A stretch of DNA of 64,000 bases from Patescibacteria group bacterium (GTDB lineage: Bacteria > Patescibacteriota > Microgenomatia > UBA8517), in assembly GCA_022868165.1 (NCBI GenBank), contig JALHYA010000010.1, positions 375-64,374 on the forward strand, written 5' to 3'. Below the pieces are notes generated by a model. That model was not told where the DNA came from. It worked only from the letters and a program-made list of their open reading frames with translations, and did not search any database. Each line of letters begins with the position of its first letter. The stretch's first letter is position 1. Positions 27,966 to 36,524 of this stretch are shown in pieces. Both the position numbers and the translations under genes were made by a program.

Positions 27966-28095
27966 TACAGGGGCTTACAGCGAAATTATAGCAGGATTCA
28001 AGAAAACTCTCGACTTTCAGTCGGGAGATGAATTGAACGCTGATATGTCATTCTCCTTTAGAGGAAACCCCGCTCTTCAGAGCGGGCAGGATGTC
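27966..28095 (-). promoter_or_regulatory. Conserved module of about 120 nt upstream of a tRNA gene. Extended -10 'TGCTATAAT' lies immediately 5' of tRNA-Arg, plus two hairpins. Hairpin 2 also works as a terminator for the upstream PEGA gene: GCCCGCTC-TGAA-GAGCGGG then a T-rich run.
   Basis: About 75 percent identical to 59697-59815, with compensatory stem changes. The core 'CTTGAATsCTGCTATAAT' also occurs at 34337-34359 on the plus strand. Confidence 0.45.
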
Positions 28096-28111
28096 ATAAC
28101 ACAAGACAAGA

Positions 28112-29287
28112 TTATCTGAGGCTAATCGAGTATAGGTTTGCGGTTGTAGAATCCGAGCCCAAGTTGGTTAGTATCAAGAGCCTATCAGCGGAAGCATAGG
28201 GGAATGCGTTGGGTGCAATATAACTTCCCGTATAAACCACCTGTCTGTTGGTTCCGTCATAATCCATTATCGTGATTTTTGCGTCCTCGGCCAAAACCAA
28301 ATTTTTGGAAGAGGGGAACCAAAACACATTTGCCCCAGATTCGGCGACAAAGAAATTTCTGTCCTCTTTGATATCGTACACATAGGTGCGACCTGGTTTA
28401 ATATCCCTTTCCTGCTTTTGGGTTGAAGAGCCGGGAATAGGGTTAATCAGCTTATCGGGAATTGTCGCCGACCCGCTGGCTGTAAAGAGAATTTTTGAAT
28501 CGTCCAGAGAGAAATTAATGCCGGTTGCATCCCTAGTTAATATATCCGTCAATTCTTGGGGAAGCGAGCGCATTTTGTCGCTTAGCCTTTTTTGTGCATC
28601 CTGAGCCCAAGAAGCCAGTATCTGCGGACTTCTTGCGGCCACATTTACTCGCCCGCTCTGCGCCGTAGATGAGCCCGTATCCAATAGATAAGTGCCTTTT
28701 GTTGTGGCCAAAAGGATTTGCCTGCCGTCAGGCGAGAATTGCCATGAGGCACCAGTTGAAAAATCTCCGTCCGTAATTTCTCTGGGACCCTGGGCAAACC
28801 CCAACGGCAAATTTACGTTTTCAATAATCCAGAGGCCGTTTTTGGTATTTCCCTGGTTATCCTGCGTTTGGGGAATTGCATAGGCTATTTTTGAGAAATC
28901 GGCCGACGCTTGCGGATTGATTACCCCCGAGAATGTCAAAGCCGAAAGCGAAGGGACGCTTCTAAAAAGGTACGCATCTATCTCCGTGACTACCTCTTTA
29001 TCGATCCCAATACGCTTATTCCAGCTCATATAGCCGTCTTTTCTGATGCTTAAATCATAGTTTCCCGGGCCAAGAGGAAAAGTGGTGTTGGTTGCGTTTT
29101 TCAGCTCCCCGTTTACGAAAATTTGAGCTCCGTCAGGCACGGATTTAACAACCATAATACCATTGGAAACAAAACGGAAAGTGCGGCTGTCGAATCTATA
29201 TCCCCGTGCGTAGAGTGAGACAAAATAGCCTAAAGTTCCCACAACAAGTATCGTAAGGCCAAAGAAAAACAAACGCAGTCTTGTCAT
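28112..29287 (-). CDS. PEGA-domain protein with N-terminal TM helix and C-terminal TolB-like beta-propeller. Start placed at the Met before the TM helix; the track ORF extends to 29368.
   Basis: 'IFVNGELKNATNTTFPLGPGNYDLSIRKDGYMSWNKRIGI' is the PEGA motif. TM 'LRLFFFGLTILVVGTLGYFVSL'. The C-terminal half has repeated beta-propeller-like segments. Confidence 0.6.
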   Translation of the reverse strand: MTRLRLFFFGLTILVVGTLGYFVSLYARGYRFDSRTFRFVSNGIMVVKSVPDGAQIFVNGELKNATNTTFPLGPGNYDLSIRKDGYMSWNKRIGIDKEVVTEIDAYLFRSVPSLSALTFSGVINPQASADFSKIAYAIPQTQDNQGNTKNGLWIIENVNLPLGFAQGPREITDGDFSTGASWQFSPDGRQILLATTKGTYLLDTGSSTAQSGRVNVAARSPQILASWAQDAQKRLSDKMRSLPQELTDILTRDATGINFSLDDSKILFTASGSATIPDKLINPIPGSSTQKQERDIKPGRTYVYDIKEDRNFFVAESGANVFWFPSSKNLVLAEDAKITIMDYDGTNRQVVYTGSYIAPNAFPYASADRLLILTNLGSDSTTANLYSISLR

Positions 29288-29303
29288 AACAGTTTCAAGG
29301 ATA

Positions 29304-29382
29304 CCACGAATTCCAATTCGTGGAGGAATTGAACCTGATATACCATCCTCTCTCAAGGGAAACCGCAAACTTTAGTTTGCGG
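29304..29382. promoter_or_regulatory. Two perfect 20-bp palindromes, CCACGAATT-CC-AATTCGTGG (29304-29323) and CCGCAAACT-TT-AGTTTGCGG (29363-29382), each followed by GAGGA. They sit in the divergent PEGA/mreB intergenic region and are candidate operators.
   Basis: Read directly. Similar architecture: 9-bp arms and a 2-nt centre. Confidence 0.35.
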
Positions 29383-29519
29383 AGGATGTTATAGATAGGT
29401 AAAATTATACCAGAAAGTCCTCTTGAAAGTCGGTTATTTAGTATATAATGCCTTGAGAACTTGAAGCTGCCCTTTCCGGACAGGTTTTTATATCTTAATA
29501 TCTTAAATCTATATCAATT

Positions 29520-30527
29520 ATGCTCAAGAAGAACATTGCCATAGACTTGGGCACTGCCAACACTCTTGTGTGGGTGGCAGGCGTAGGTTTGGTAGCCAAC
29601 GAGCCTACGGTTGTGGCCATTTCCGCCGACGACAGCAAGGTTGTTGCTGTAGGGGAAGAGGCCAAGCATATGCTTGGCCGTACTCCGGAAGCACTGATTG
29701 CCTCAAGACCGATGCGCGAAGGGGTTATTGCGGATTACCAAGTTACCGAGGCCATGCTTCGTTACTTCATCAACAAGGTTTTGGGCAGATTTTCCTTCAT
29801 TAAACCCGATGTTATGGTTTGCGTTCCGGCCGGGTGCACACAGGTTGAGCGCAGAGCAGCTTTGGATGCAACTTTGCAGGCTGGCGCGTCTCATGCCTAT
29901 CTAATTGACGGGCCTTTGGCGGCCGCAATAGGCGCCGGAATCCCGGTTTCCGCACCAAGCGGGCACATGATTGTAGATATTGGCGGAGGCGCAGCCGAGG
30001 CTGCGGTTATATCTCTTGGCGGAGTAGTTGTCCATAAAAGCGTGCGGATTGCAGGCAACAAGATTGACGAAGCTCTTCAGAATTATCTTAAAAAGAAATT
30101 TAACCTAGTTGTGGGAGATCAAACTGCGGAGGACATTAAAATTAAGATAGGTTCAGCCACAAAGCTGGCCAAGACCGAAAAACTGGAGATTTCGGGCAGG
30201 GATTTGGTTTTTGGACTTCCTAGAAGCGTTATTGTGACCTCGGATGACGTAACTGAGGCTATTAGACCGGTTCTTTTGCAAATAATAGGTGCGGTTAAGG
30301 CGGTTTTGGAGGATACGCCACCGGAACTGGCAGCGGATATAATAGATAAAGGAATAGTAATGAGCGGCGGAAGCAGTCTTCTTCGCAACTTTGACAAGCT
30401 TATGACCGAAGAAACCGGTGTTCCCAGCCACGTTGCGGAAGATGCGATGCTTTGCGTAGTTCGCGGTACCGGTTTGGTGCTGGAAAATATAGAATTATGG
30501 AAGAGAAGTGTGACGACAAAGAGATAA
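29520..30527 (+). CDS. mreB: Rod-shape-determining actin homolog MreB.
   Basis: 335 aa. 'IAIDLGTANTLV', 'MIVDIGGGAAEAAVISLGG' and 'GIVMSGGSSLLRNFDKLMTEETG' are actin-fold phosphate and adenosine motifs. Confidence 0.9.
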   Translation: MLKKNIAIDLGTANTLVWVAGVGLVANEPTVVAISADDSKVVAVGEEAKHMLGRTPEALIASRPMREGVIADYQVTEAMLRYFINKVLGRFSFIKPDVMVCVPAGCTQVERRAALDATLQAGASHAYLIDGPLAAAIGAGIPVSAPSGHMIVDIGGGAAEAAVISLGGVVVHKSVRIAGNKIDEALQNYLKKKFNLVVGDQTAEDIKIKIGSATKLAKTEKLEISGRDLVFGLPRSVIVTSDDVTEAIRPVLLQIIGAVKAVLEDTPPELAADIIDKGIVMSGGSSLLRNFDKLMTEETGVPSHVAEDAMLCVVRGTGLVLENIELWKRSVTTKR

Positions 30528-30971
30528 TAAAAATAGGGTATAGCGAATAACTTATAAGTTAGAGAAGACGTGAGAAATATTGGTAAATAGGGCGAATTAT
30601 TACTTAACCGGCGGCAATTAACAACCGGTCCTTAGTAATTTATAGGGTATCGAAAAATAACTATAGTAATGGAACCTTCGGGCATAGTTCGGTGGGGATA
30701 AAATGAGGATACAAACGGGTTCTACAAGGCAAGCAAACGAGGTAATATTTTATACAATAAATTTTAATACGTACACTAAGAAAAATAGTAAAAATATCCC
30801 TTAGTAAAAGAGAATATTGGCCAAAATGCCGAAAATATTCCGTAATCCGGTAAAAATAGAGCAAAGACCGATTTTACGGCTATAGGTTTCTGAAAAATTT
30901 GATATAATTATCTCGTAAGTGGAAAAAATTTGAGGTCATTTGGCCTTAAAAGGTAAATAACCATACTCAAC

Positions 30972-31769
30972 ATGCAAAAAGGGCTTTTTTACGCATATAA
31001 ATCAGGCCGAAAACAAGGGCAAATCTTAAATATAGAACTATCTAGCACTTTAAAGCTTCGAGTGCTAAGCTTTGTGCGTGATTCTATATCCCATAAGAGT
31101 AAGTTTCTTATCGTTACACCCAACCCCGAGATCATTTTGGAGGCCCAGGAGGATAAAAAACTGGCGAAAGTACTCAATTCGGCCGATTTGGCATTACCCG
31201 ATGGAGTTGGTCTGGTACTGGCGGCCAAAATTTTGGGTTTTCCGGCATTAAATTTGATAAAAGGCAGGGAAATGTTTCTTGATTTGGCCAAACTGGCGAA
31301 CAAAAAACACTGGAAAATTTTTCTTTTGGGAGGTAGAAAAGATGAAGCCGAAACTGCAGCCGAAATTCTCTCCCGCAGCCTCAAAGGTGTAAAAATTGCG
31401 TATTCGGCAGGTCCCGAACTAAATCAAGCAGGTGAACCGGCCGCCTTAAAAGATAGAGAACTTGAGAAAGATATTGTGGCTCAGATAAATAATTTTGCCC
31501 CGCAAATTCTTTTTGTCGGCTTTGGGGCTCCAAAACAGGAGAAATGGACGGCCAAGTGGCTGCCGAAGCTAAATATCGGGGGAGCAATGGTAGTCGGGGG
31601 AACTTTTAACTATATATCGGGCAAGGCCAGCCTGCCGCCGAGATGGATAGAGAACGCTGGCCTGGAATGGCTCTGGCGCTTAATTACCCAGCCTTGGCGA
31701 GCTGGAAGAATATTCAAAGCCGTTGTTGTATTTCCCCTAAAGGTCTTTCGGTATAAATTCTTCTTGTGA
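30972..31769 (+). CDS. WecB/TagA/CpsF-family glycosyltransferase.
   Basis: 'ALPDGVGLVLAAKILG' and 'ILFVGFGAPKQEKW' are family signatures. Confidence 0.8.
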   Translation: MQKGLFYAYKSGRKQGQILNIELSSTLKLRVLSFVRDSISHKSKFLIVTPNPEIILEAQEDKKLAKVLNSADLALPDGVGLVLAAKILGFPALNLIKGREMFLDLAKLANKKHWKIFLLGGRKDEAETAAEILSRSLKGVKIAYSAGPELNQAGEPAALKDRELEKDIVAQINNFAPQILFVGFGAPKQEKWTAKWLPKLNIGGAMVVGGTFNYISGKASLPPRWIENAGLEWLWRLITQPWRAGRIFKAVVVFPLKVFRYKFFL

Positions 31770-31782
31770 TATAATTTCTACC

Positions 31783-33060
31783 ATGTCCGGAGAAATCGAA
31801 CTTCCAAAGGGAACGGCAGTTCCCGACCACATTGCAATAATCCCCGACGGCAATAGGCGCTGGGCTCGTGCCAAAGGCTTGCCTACATTGGAAGGACATG
31901 CCCGCGGGTTTGACAGAGCAGTGGAAGTTTCGAGAGCGGCGCGAAATGCCGGCATTCATACGGTCACCCTTTGGGGTTTTTCGACCGAGAATTGGGAGAG
32001 AAGCAAGGAAGAAGTCGGCTATTTAATGAGACTTTACGAAAAATTGGTTGACGATTATTTAAAGGAAGCAAAGAAAGATAAGGTAAGAATAGTACATTTG
32101 GGACGAAAGGACCGAATTCCAAAGTCGCTTCTGGCCAAAATTGTAAAAGCCGAGACCGAAACTAAAGAAAACGACCGCTACATTATGAATGTCTGTATAG
32201 ATTATGGCGGACATGACGAGGTCCTAAGAGCAACCCAAAAGATGATTGCGGACGGCGTTTCCGCCGAAAACATTGATAAAAAGCTCTTCGAAAGCTATCT
32301 GGATACCGCCGGTCAGCCTTACCCCTATGTTGATTTGATTATAAGGACCTCTGGGGAGCAGCGCGTAAGCGGATTTCTGATTTGGCAGGCTGCATATGCC
32401 GAATACTATTGGGAAGATGTGCATTTTCCGGATTTTTCTCCCGAAAGGCTTAAATTGGCTATTTTGGATTATTCCAGGCGAAGGCGCAGATTTGGCGGAA
32501 ACGACGCCATGGAGCACTTTAGTTTTGACCCGGAAGTAGTGGCTAAACTCGAGCTGGCCTGGTGGAGGTTGAGCAAGATCCCCGAAGGAACAAGGTTCAG
32601 GGATTATGCAATGAAGCATCTCAGGGAACAATTCGGCCTATCCAAAACCCATGCCAAAGAAGCCGCGAAGTATATGATTGAGGCGGCCTTAGAGGAAAAT
32701 AACGGCAGAAATTGGGAAAAGGCCAAAAGAGAGCTTAAAAAGTTCTACAAACTTATTAAAAGTGAACTCAAACTGGCGTTTGAGCCCTCTATTGTTGCTT
32801 CTTTGGAAGTAAAACTTAGGCGAGGGCTGGAAGACAAGGATTCTGTTGAGGCGGCGGGGGAGCTTGAAGAAACAGCAAGAAGTCTTTATGCCGAAACATA
32901 CCGCATTTCGCTCCTGCAGGCCGCAAAGCTGGGACACTTAAGGATAATGGCGGCCGTTGAGAGAAATTTGGCCGAAGCTGGAATGGGCGACAAGCATTGG
33001 ATTCGCGCCCAAGACTATCTCGAGAGATTTTATCGGGCTCTGAAAGAGCGCGTAGCGTAA
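31783..33060 (+). CDS. uppS: Undecaprenyl-diphosphate synthase (cis-prenyltransferase) fused to a C-terminal alpha-helical extension of about 190 aa and unknown function.
   Basis: 'HIAIIPDGNRRWARAKG', 'TLWGFSTENWERSKEEV' and 'DLIIRTSGEQRVSGFLIWQAAYAEYYWEDVHFPDF' are UPPS motifs. Residues from about 235 to 425 have no recognisable motif. Confidence 0.85.
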   Translation: MSGEIELPKGTAVPDHIAIIPDGNRRWARAKGLPTLEGHARGFDRAVEVSRAARNAGIHTVTLWGFSTENWERSKEEVGYLMRLYEKLVDDYLKEAKKDKVRIVHLGRKDRIPKSLLAKIVKAETETKENDRYIMNVCIDYGGHDEVLRATQKMIADGVSAENIDKKLFESYLDTAGQPYPYVDLIIRTSGEQRVSGFLIWQAAYAEYYWEDVHFPDFSPERLKLAILDYSRRRRRFGGNDAMEHFSFDPEVVAKLELAWWRLSKIPEGTRFRDYAMKHLREQFGLSKTHAKEAAKYMIEAALEENNGRNWEKAKRELKKFYKLIKSELKLAFEPSIVASLEVKLRRGLEDKDSVEAAGELEETARSLYAETYRISLLQAAKLGHLRIMAAVERNLAEAGMGDKHWIRAQDYLERFYRALKERVA

Positions 33061-33089
33061 TTCCCCCCTTTTCTAGTACAAAAAGGTAC

Positions 33090-33118
33090 TTGACACACCT
33101 GAACGCCTTTGATATTGT
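33090..33118 (+). promoter_or_regulatory. Sigma-70-like promoter TTGACA-17 nt-TATTGT upstream of the HTH gene, overlapped by the inverted repeat AGTAC-N6-GTACT.
   Basis: TTGACA at 33090-33095. TATTGT at 33113-33118. Palindrome tagtacaaaaaggtact at 33075-33090. Confidence 0.5.
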
Positions 33119-33144
33119 CTGACTAAGATAGTTACAAGATAGGC

Positions 33145-33405
33145 TTGGAACTATATCATTTGGAGTACAACTACATTAAAACAATCATGGACGAGAGCAA
33201 AAAGAAAAAAGTCAGACTAGAAGACCTTCCGGATTTGCTCACCGTGCGTGAAGTAAGCGAACTTCTTAGAGTTTCGCCTTTAACAATCAAACGTTGGGGT
33301 AAGCGAGGCAAGCTTCCCGCAATCCGCATAAACTCTCGCGGCGACCGCCGCTACAAGAAAGAAGCTGTTTTATGGTTGTTGGGAATGCAAGAAAAGACAG
33401 AGTAA
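33145..33405 (+). CDS. Excisionase/MerR-type helix-turn-helix DNA-binding protein. The track start is TTG; an ATG at 33187 is an alternative start.
   Basis: 'LLTVREVSELLRVSPLTIKRWGKRGKLPAIRINSRGDRRYKKEAVLWL' is the HTH_17/excisionase-family pattern. Confidence 0.65.
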   Translation: MELYHLEYNYIKTIMDESKKKKVRLEDLPDLLTVREVSELLRVSPLTIKRWGKRGKLPAIRINSRGDRRYKKEAVLWLLGMQEKTE

Positions 33406-33471
33406 AAAGGAAGCCGTCCTCTGGCTCCTTGGGATGCAGGAAAAGACCGAATGAGGTAAAATAGCCTCGCA

Positions 33472-34269
33472 GTGCAAAAACTCACAATTGTTAAGCTTGG
33501 CGGAAGCCTTATTACGGATAAAAACCGGCCGTTAGTTTCCCGCGAGGCAGTTATTAAAAGACTTGCCGAAGAAATTAAATCTGCCTCCAAAAACTACAAA
33601 GGAAAACTGGTTATCGGTCACGGAAGCGGCTCTTTCGGCCACGCTTCAGCTGCAAAATACCAAACTCAAAAGGGCATAGTTAATCGAAACAGCATCAAAG
33701 GAGTCAGCGAAGTGGCGGATGTGGCCAGTCAGATTACCAAAATTGTTATAAAACAGCTTAGAAAAGCCGGTATTCCGGCTGTCGCTTTTGCCCCCGGAAG
33801 CTTTATCGTTTCAAGCGGCCAAAAACTTCAAGAGTTTTTCATCGAGCCCATCAAAGAGGCTCTTGGGTGTGGAGTTGCGCCTCTGGTTTATGGTGATGTG
33901 GTTTTTGACAAAAAACAAGGCTTTTGTATCTTTTCCACGGAGAAAGTAATTGGAGTGATAGTGGGTGAGCTTCACAACAAGTACAAAATCGAGCAAATTA
34001 TCTATTGCGGCATCACCGACGGCGTTTACGACGAGGATGGAGAGACGATTCCCCTTATCAACTCGAAAACTTTTGGCGCTTTCAAAAAAGCAATCGGAGT
34101 ATCCGGCGCCACAGACGTCACGGGTGGGATGATTCACAAAGTTCAGGAGAGCTTGGAGCTTGCCAAGAAATACAAAACGAGGGTTTTGATCATCAACGGA
34201 ATCAAGCCCGGCAATCTCAAAAAAGCAATTCTCAGCAAAAAAGTTGCCGGGACAAAGATATCAAAATAA
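33472..34269 (+). CDS. Isopentenyl phosphate kinase (amino-acid-kinase fold), GTG start.
   Basis: 'KLGGSLITDK', 'VIGHGSGSFGH' and 'GATDVTGGMIHK' align with archaeal isopentenyl phosphate kinase motifs (KLGGS, HGGGxFGH, DVTGGM). Confidence 0.75.
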   Translation: MQKLTIVKLGGSLITDKNRPLVSREAVIKRLAEEIKSASKNYKGKLVIGHGSGSFGHASAAKYQTQKGIVNRNSIKGVSEVADVASQITKIVIKQLRKAGIPAVAFAPGSFIVSSGQKLQEFFIEPIKEALGCGVAPLVYGDVVFDKKQGFCIFSTEKVIGVIVGELHNKYKIEQIIYCGITDGVYDEDGETIPLINSKTFGAFKKAIGVSGATDVTGGMIHKVQESLELAKKYKTRVLIINGIKPGNLKKAILSKKVAGTKISK

Positions 34270-34377
34270 TTCGTCGCTGAAAGCTGCGATTGAAGCTATC
34301 CCAATAATGGTTTCTTCCTCCCCAAATCAAATTGCAGCGTCTTCTTGAATGCTGATATAATTAGTGGTTGTATTCCC

Positions 34378-35244
34378 ATGCGTTACTTTTCGACAATTTC
34401 GATCTTTTTTATTGCCCTGGTTGCGAGTGTTGTTATCTCAACCGGAATCATTTTTGCGGCCTTTCCCACGCCTAGCCCGACGGCTACGCCCACTTCGGAG
34501 CCTACGGCCGCCCCGTTCAATCAGGTACCAACTTTAGGACCTTTGGAAACTATCCTAAAAGGACAGAATTTGGGCCCGGTCTGGCCAGTCAACCCCATTA
34601 AGTACGCTATTCGCGGTGCAGTGGCGGCCGGTGTTCCCGCAAATACTTTGGCCCTGCTTTTGCTTTTGCCCTTGGTTGCGATGGTTATTGCCGCAATCAG
34701 ACATCTGGTTGGTCTTAGGGGTTTCGGAATTTTCCTTCCGGCGGCTTTATCTGTCGTATTTTTGGCCATAGGGCCAATTTTGGGAATAGGGCTGTTTTTG
34801 GTCATTGTTTTGGTTTCGACCATAGTCAGAATAATTATGCGCACCCTTAAACTTAAGCTTCAATATCTTCCCAAAATGGCGTTAATTTTCTGGTTTGTTT
34901 CTTTTGCGGTATTGGGAGTGCTTTTTGCCGCCCCGTTAATCAGCTGGTTCGCCTTGCCCAATGTATCCATTTTCGCGGTGCTTTTTCTCACGCTTCTGGC
35001 CGAGGATTTTACCCGCGTCCAGCTTGGCAAAAGCTTCCACACCGCCATTAGTTTAACAACGGAAACTTTGATTCTGGCCTTAATCTCTTTTGCGGTTCTT
35101 ACGCTTAAGCCCGTTCAGGAATTTGCGATTCTCAAACCGGAAATTTACCTTTTGAGTATCTTTATCTTTGATTTCCTTCTGGGCAGATATGCGGGCTTGA
35201 GAGTCATGGAGCTTTGGAGATTCCGTAAATTAACCTCACAATGA
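34378..35244 (+). CDS. Polytopic membrane protein (about 7-8 TM), first gene of the ATP-grasp/peptidase operon. Start moved to the ATG at 34378; the track ORF starts at a TTG lying inside the promoter motif.
   Basis: Multiple hydrophobic helices. The promoter-like 'CTTGAATGCTGATATAAT' at 34342-34359 overlaps the track start. Stop overlaps the next ATG (ATGA). Confidence 0.6.
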   Translation: MRYFSTISIFFIALVASVVISTGIIFAAFPTPSPTATPTSEPTAAPFNQVPTLGPLETILKGQNLGPVWPVNPIKYAIRGAVAAGVPANTLALLLLLPLVAMVIAAIRHLVGLRGFGIFLPAALSVVFLAIGPILGIGLFLVIVLVSTIVRIIMRTLKLKLQYLPKMALIFWFVSFAVLGVLFAAPLISWFALPNVSIFAVLFLTLLAEDFTRVQLGKSFHTAISLTTETLILALISFAVLTLKPVQEFAILKPEIYLLSIFIFDFLLGRYAGLRVMELWRFRKLTSQ

Positions 35245-36521
35245 AGTTATCATCAATTTTGGGTTTAAATGCCCGCACGCAGCTTTTTTCCTACCGTTAT
35301 AACACCCGTAAGGGCAAAAAAATTGCCGACTCGAAGCTTCAAACCGCGAAGATATTGAAAGTAACCGGCATTCCGCACCCCGTCATCTATAAAAAATTTC
35401 ACAAACTTTCCGATATCAACGAATTTGGTTGGAATACTCTTCCGGATTCCTTTGCCCTAAAGCCTTCCCGTGGCTTGGGCGGCGAAGGAATTGTAGTTGT
35501 CAAAAAGCGCGCCGGGGACGGCAACGGCTGGATTACTACCCAGAGGGCGCGGGTGACGATTGACGATTTAAAGCTTCAGGCATTGGACATTTTGGAAGGT
35601 GCCTACAGCATGGGCAACGAGCCCGACGTTGCTTTTGTGCAGGAATACGTCGGCCGTCATAAAGCTTTTCGAAGATATGCATACCGGGGCACTCCGGATA
35701 TTAGAATTATCGTATTTAATAAAGTTCCTATTATGGCGATGCTTCGACTTCCCACAAAAGAATCCGGGGGCAGGGCAAACCTTCATCAGGGAGCCATCGG
35801 AGTAGGAGTGGATATTGCCACAGGAATTACCACCAAGGCTATTTGGCATGGAAATTTAATCAAATTTAAGCCCGGAACGGAAAGAAAGCTCAACGGGATA
35901 AAAGTTCCGGAATGGACCAAGATATTGGAAACCGCGGTTAGGGCCCAGATGGCTTCGGGCTTGGGATATTTGGGAGTAGATATTGTGTTGCATCCGGAAA
36001 AGGGACCGATGGTTTTGGAGCTTAATGCCCAGCCCGGACTTCAGATTCAGCTTGCCAATATGGCGGGACTTAAAAAAAGAGTAGAAAGGGTTGAAGATTT
36101 GGAAGTTCGGGACGCGGAGCACGGCGTAAGAATTGCCAAGGCTCTTTTTGCCGAACGCTTTTCCGACAGGGTGAAAGCGGAGGAAGGCATTAAAACCGTT
36201 AGCGTCTGGGAGACTATAAAAATTGTTTCCGCAAAAGGAGAAAAGGTTGAAGTTAAGGCCAAGATAGATACGGGGGCATGGAAAACTTCCATCGACGAAA
36301 CCCTGGCCAAAAACCTCGGCATTTTGGGAAAAAGCAATGTGCTATGGACGCAGCTATATAAAAGTGGTCTGGGACAGGAGAAAAGAAAAGTAATAAGTTT
36401 GACATTTTATTTGGCTGGTCGAAGAATCAATACTTTGGCAAACGTTGCCCATAGGGAGCACTTGCGCTCGCCGGTAATAATCGGGAGACGTGATTTGGTC
36501 GGATTTCTGGTAAAATCTTAA
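35241..36521 (+). CDS. RimK-like (alpha-L-glutamate-ligase-related) ATP-grasp enzyme fused to a C-terminal retropepsin-like aspartyl-protease domain (DUF785, 'putative ATP-dependent zinc protease' family).
   Basis: ATP-grasp: 'SFALKPSRGLGGEGIVVV', 'VAFVQEYV' and 'LGVDIVLHPEKGPMVLELNAQPGL'. C-terminal 'VKAKIDTGAWKTSIDETLAKNLGIL' carries the D-T-G-A motif. Confidence 0.75.
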   Translation: MKLSSILGLNARTQLFSYRYNTRKGKKIADSKLQTAKILKVTGIPHPVIYKKFHKLSDINEFGWNTLPDSFALKPSRGLGGEGIVVVKKRAGDGNGWITTQRARVTIDDLKLQALDILEGAYSMGNEPDVAFVQEYVGRHKAFRRYAYRGTPDIRIIVFNKVPIMAMLRLPTKESGGRANLHQGAIGVGVDIATGITTKAIWHGNLIKFKPGTERKLNGIKVPEWTKILETAVRAQMASGLGYLGVDIVLHPEKGPMVLELNAQPGLQIQLANMAGLKKRVERVEDLEVRDAEHGVRIAKALFAERFSDRVKAEEGIKTVSVWETIKIVSAKGEKVEVKAKIDTGAWKTSIDETLAKNLGILGKSNVLWTQLYKSGLGQEKRKVISLTFYLAGRRINTLANVAHREHLRSPVIIGRRDLVGFLVKS

Positions 36522-36524
36522 TAA

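Noticed and set aside
27765-28031. 88-aa plus-strand ORF spanning the tRNA-Pro/tRNA-Arg pair.
   Set aside because: It is antisense to two well-folded tRNAs and the conserved upstream module, and has no coding support.
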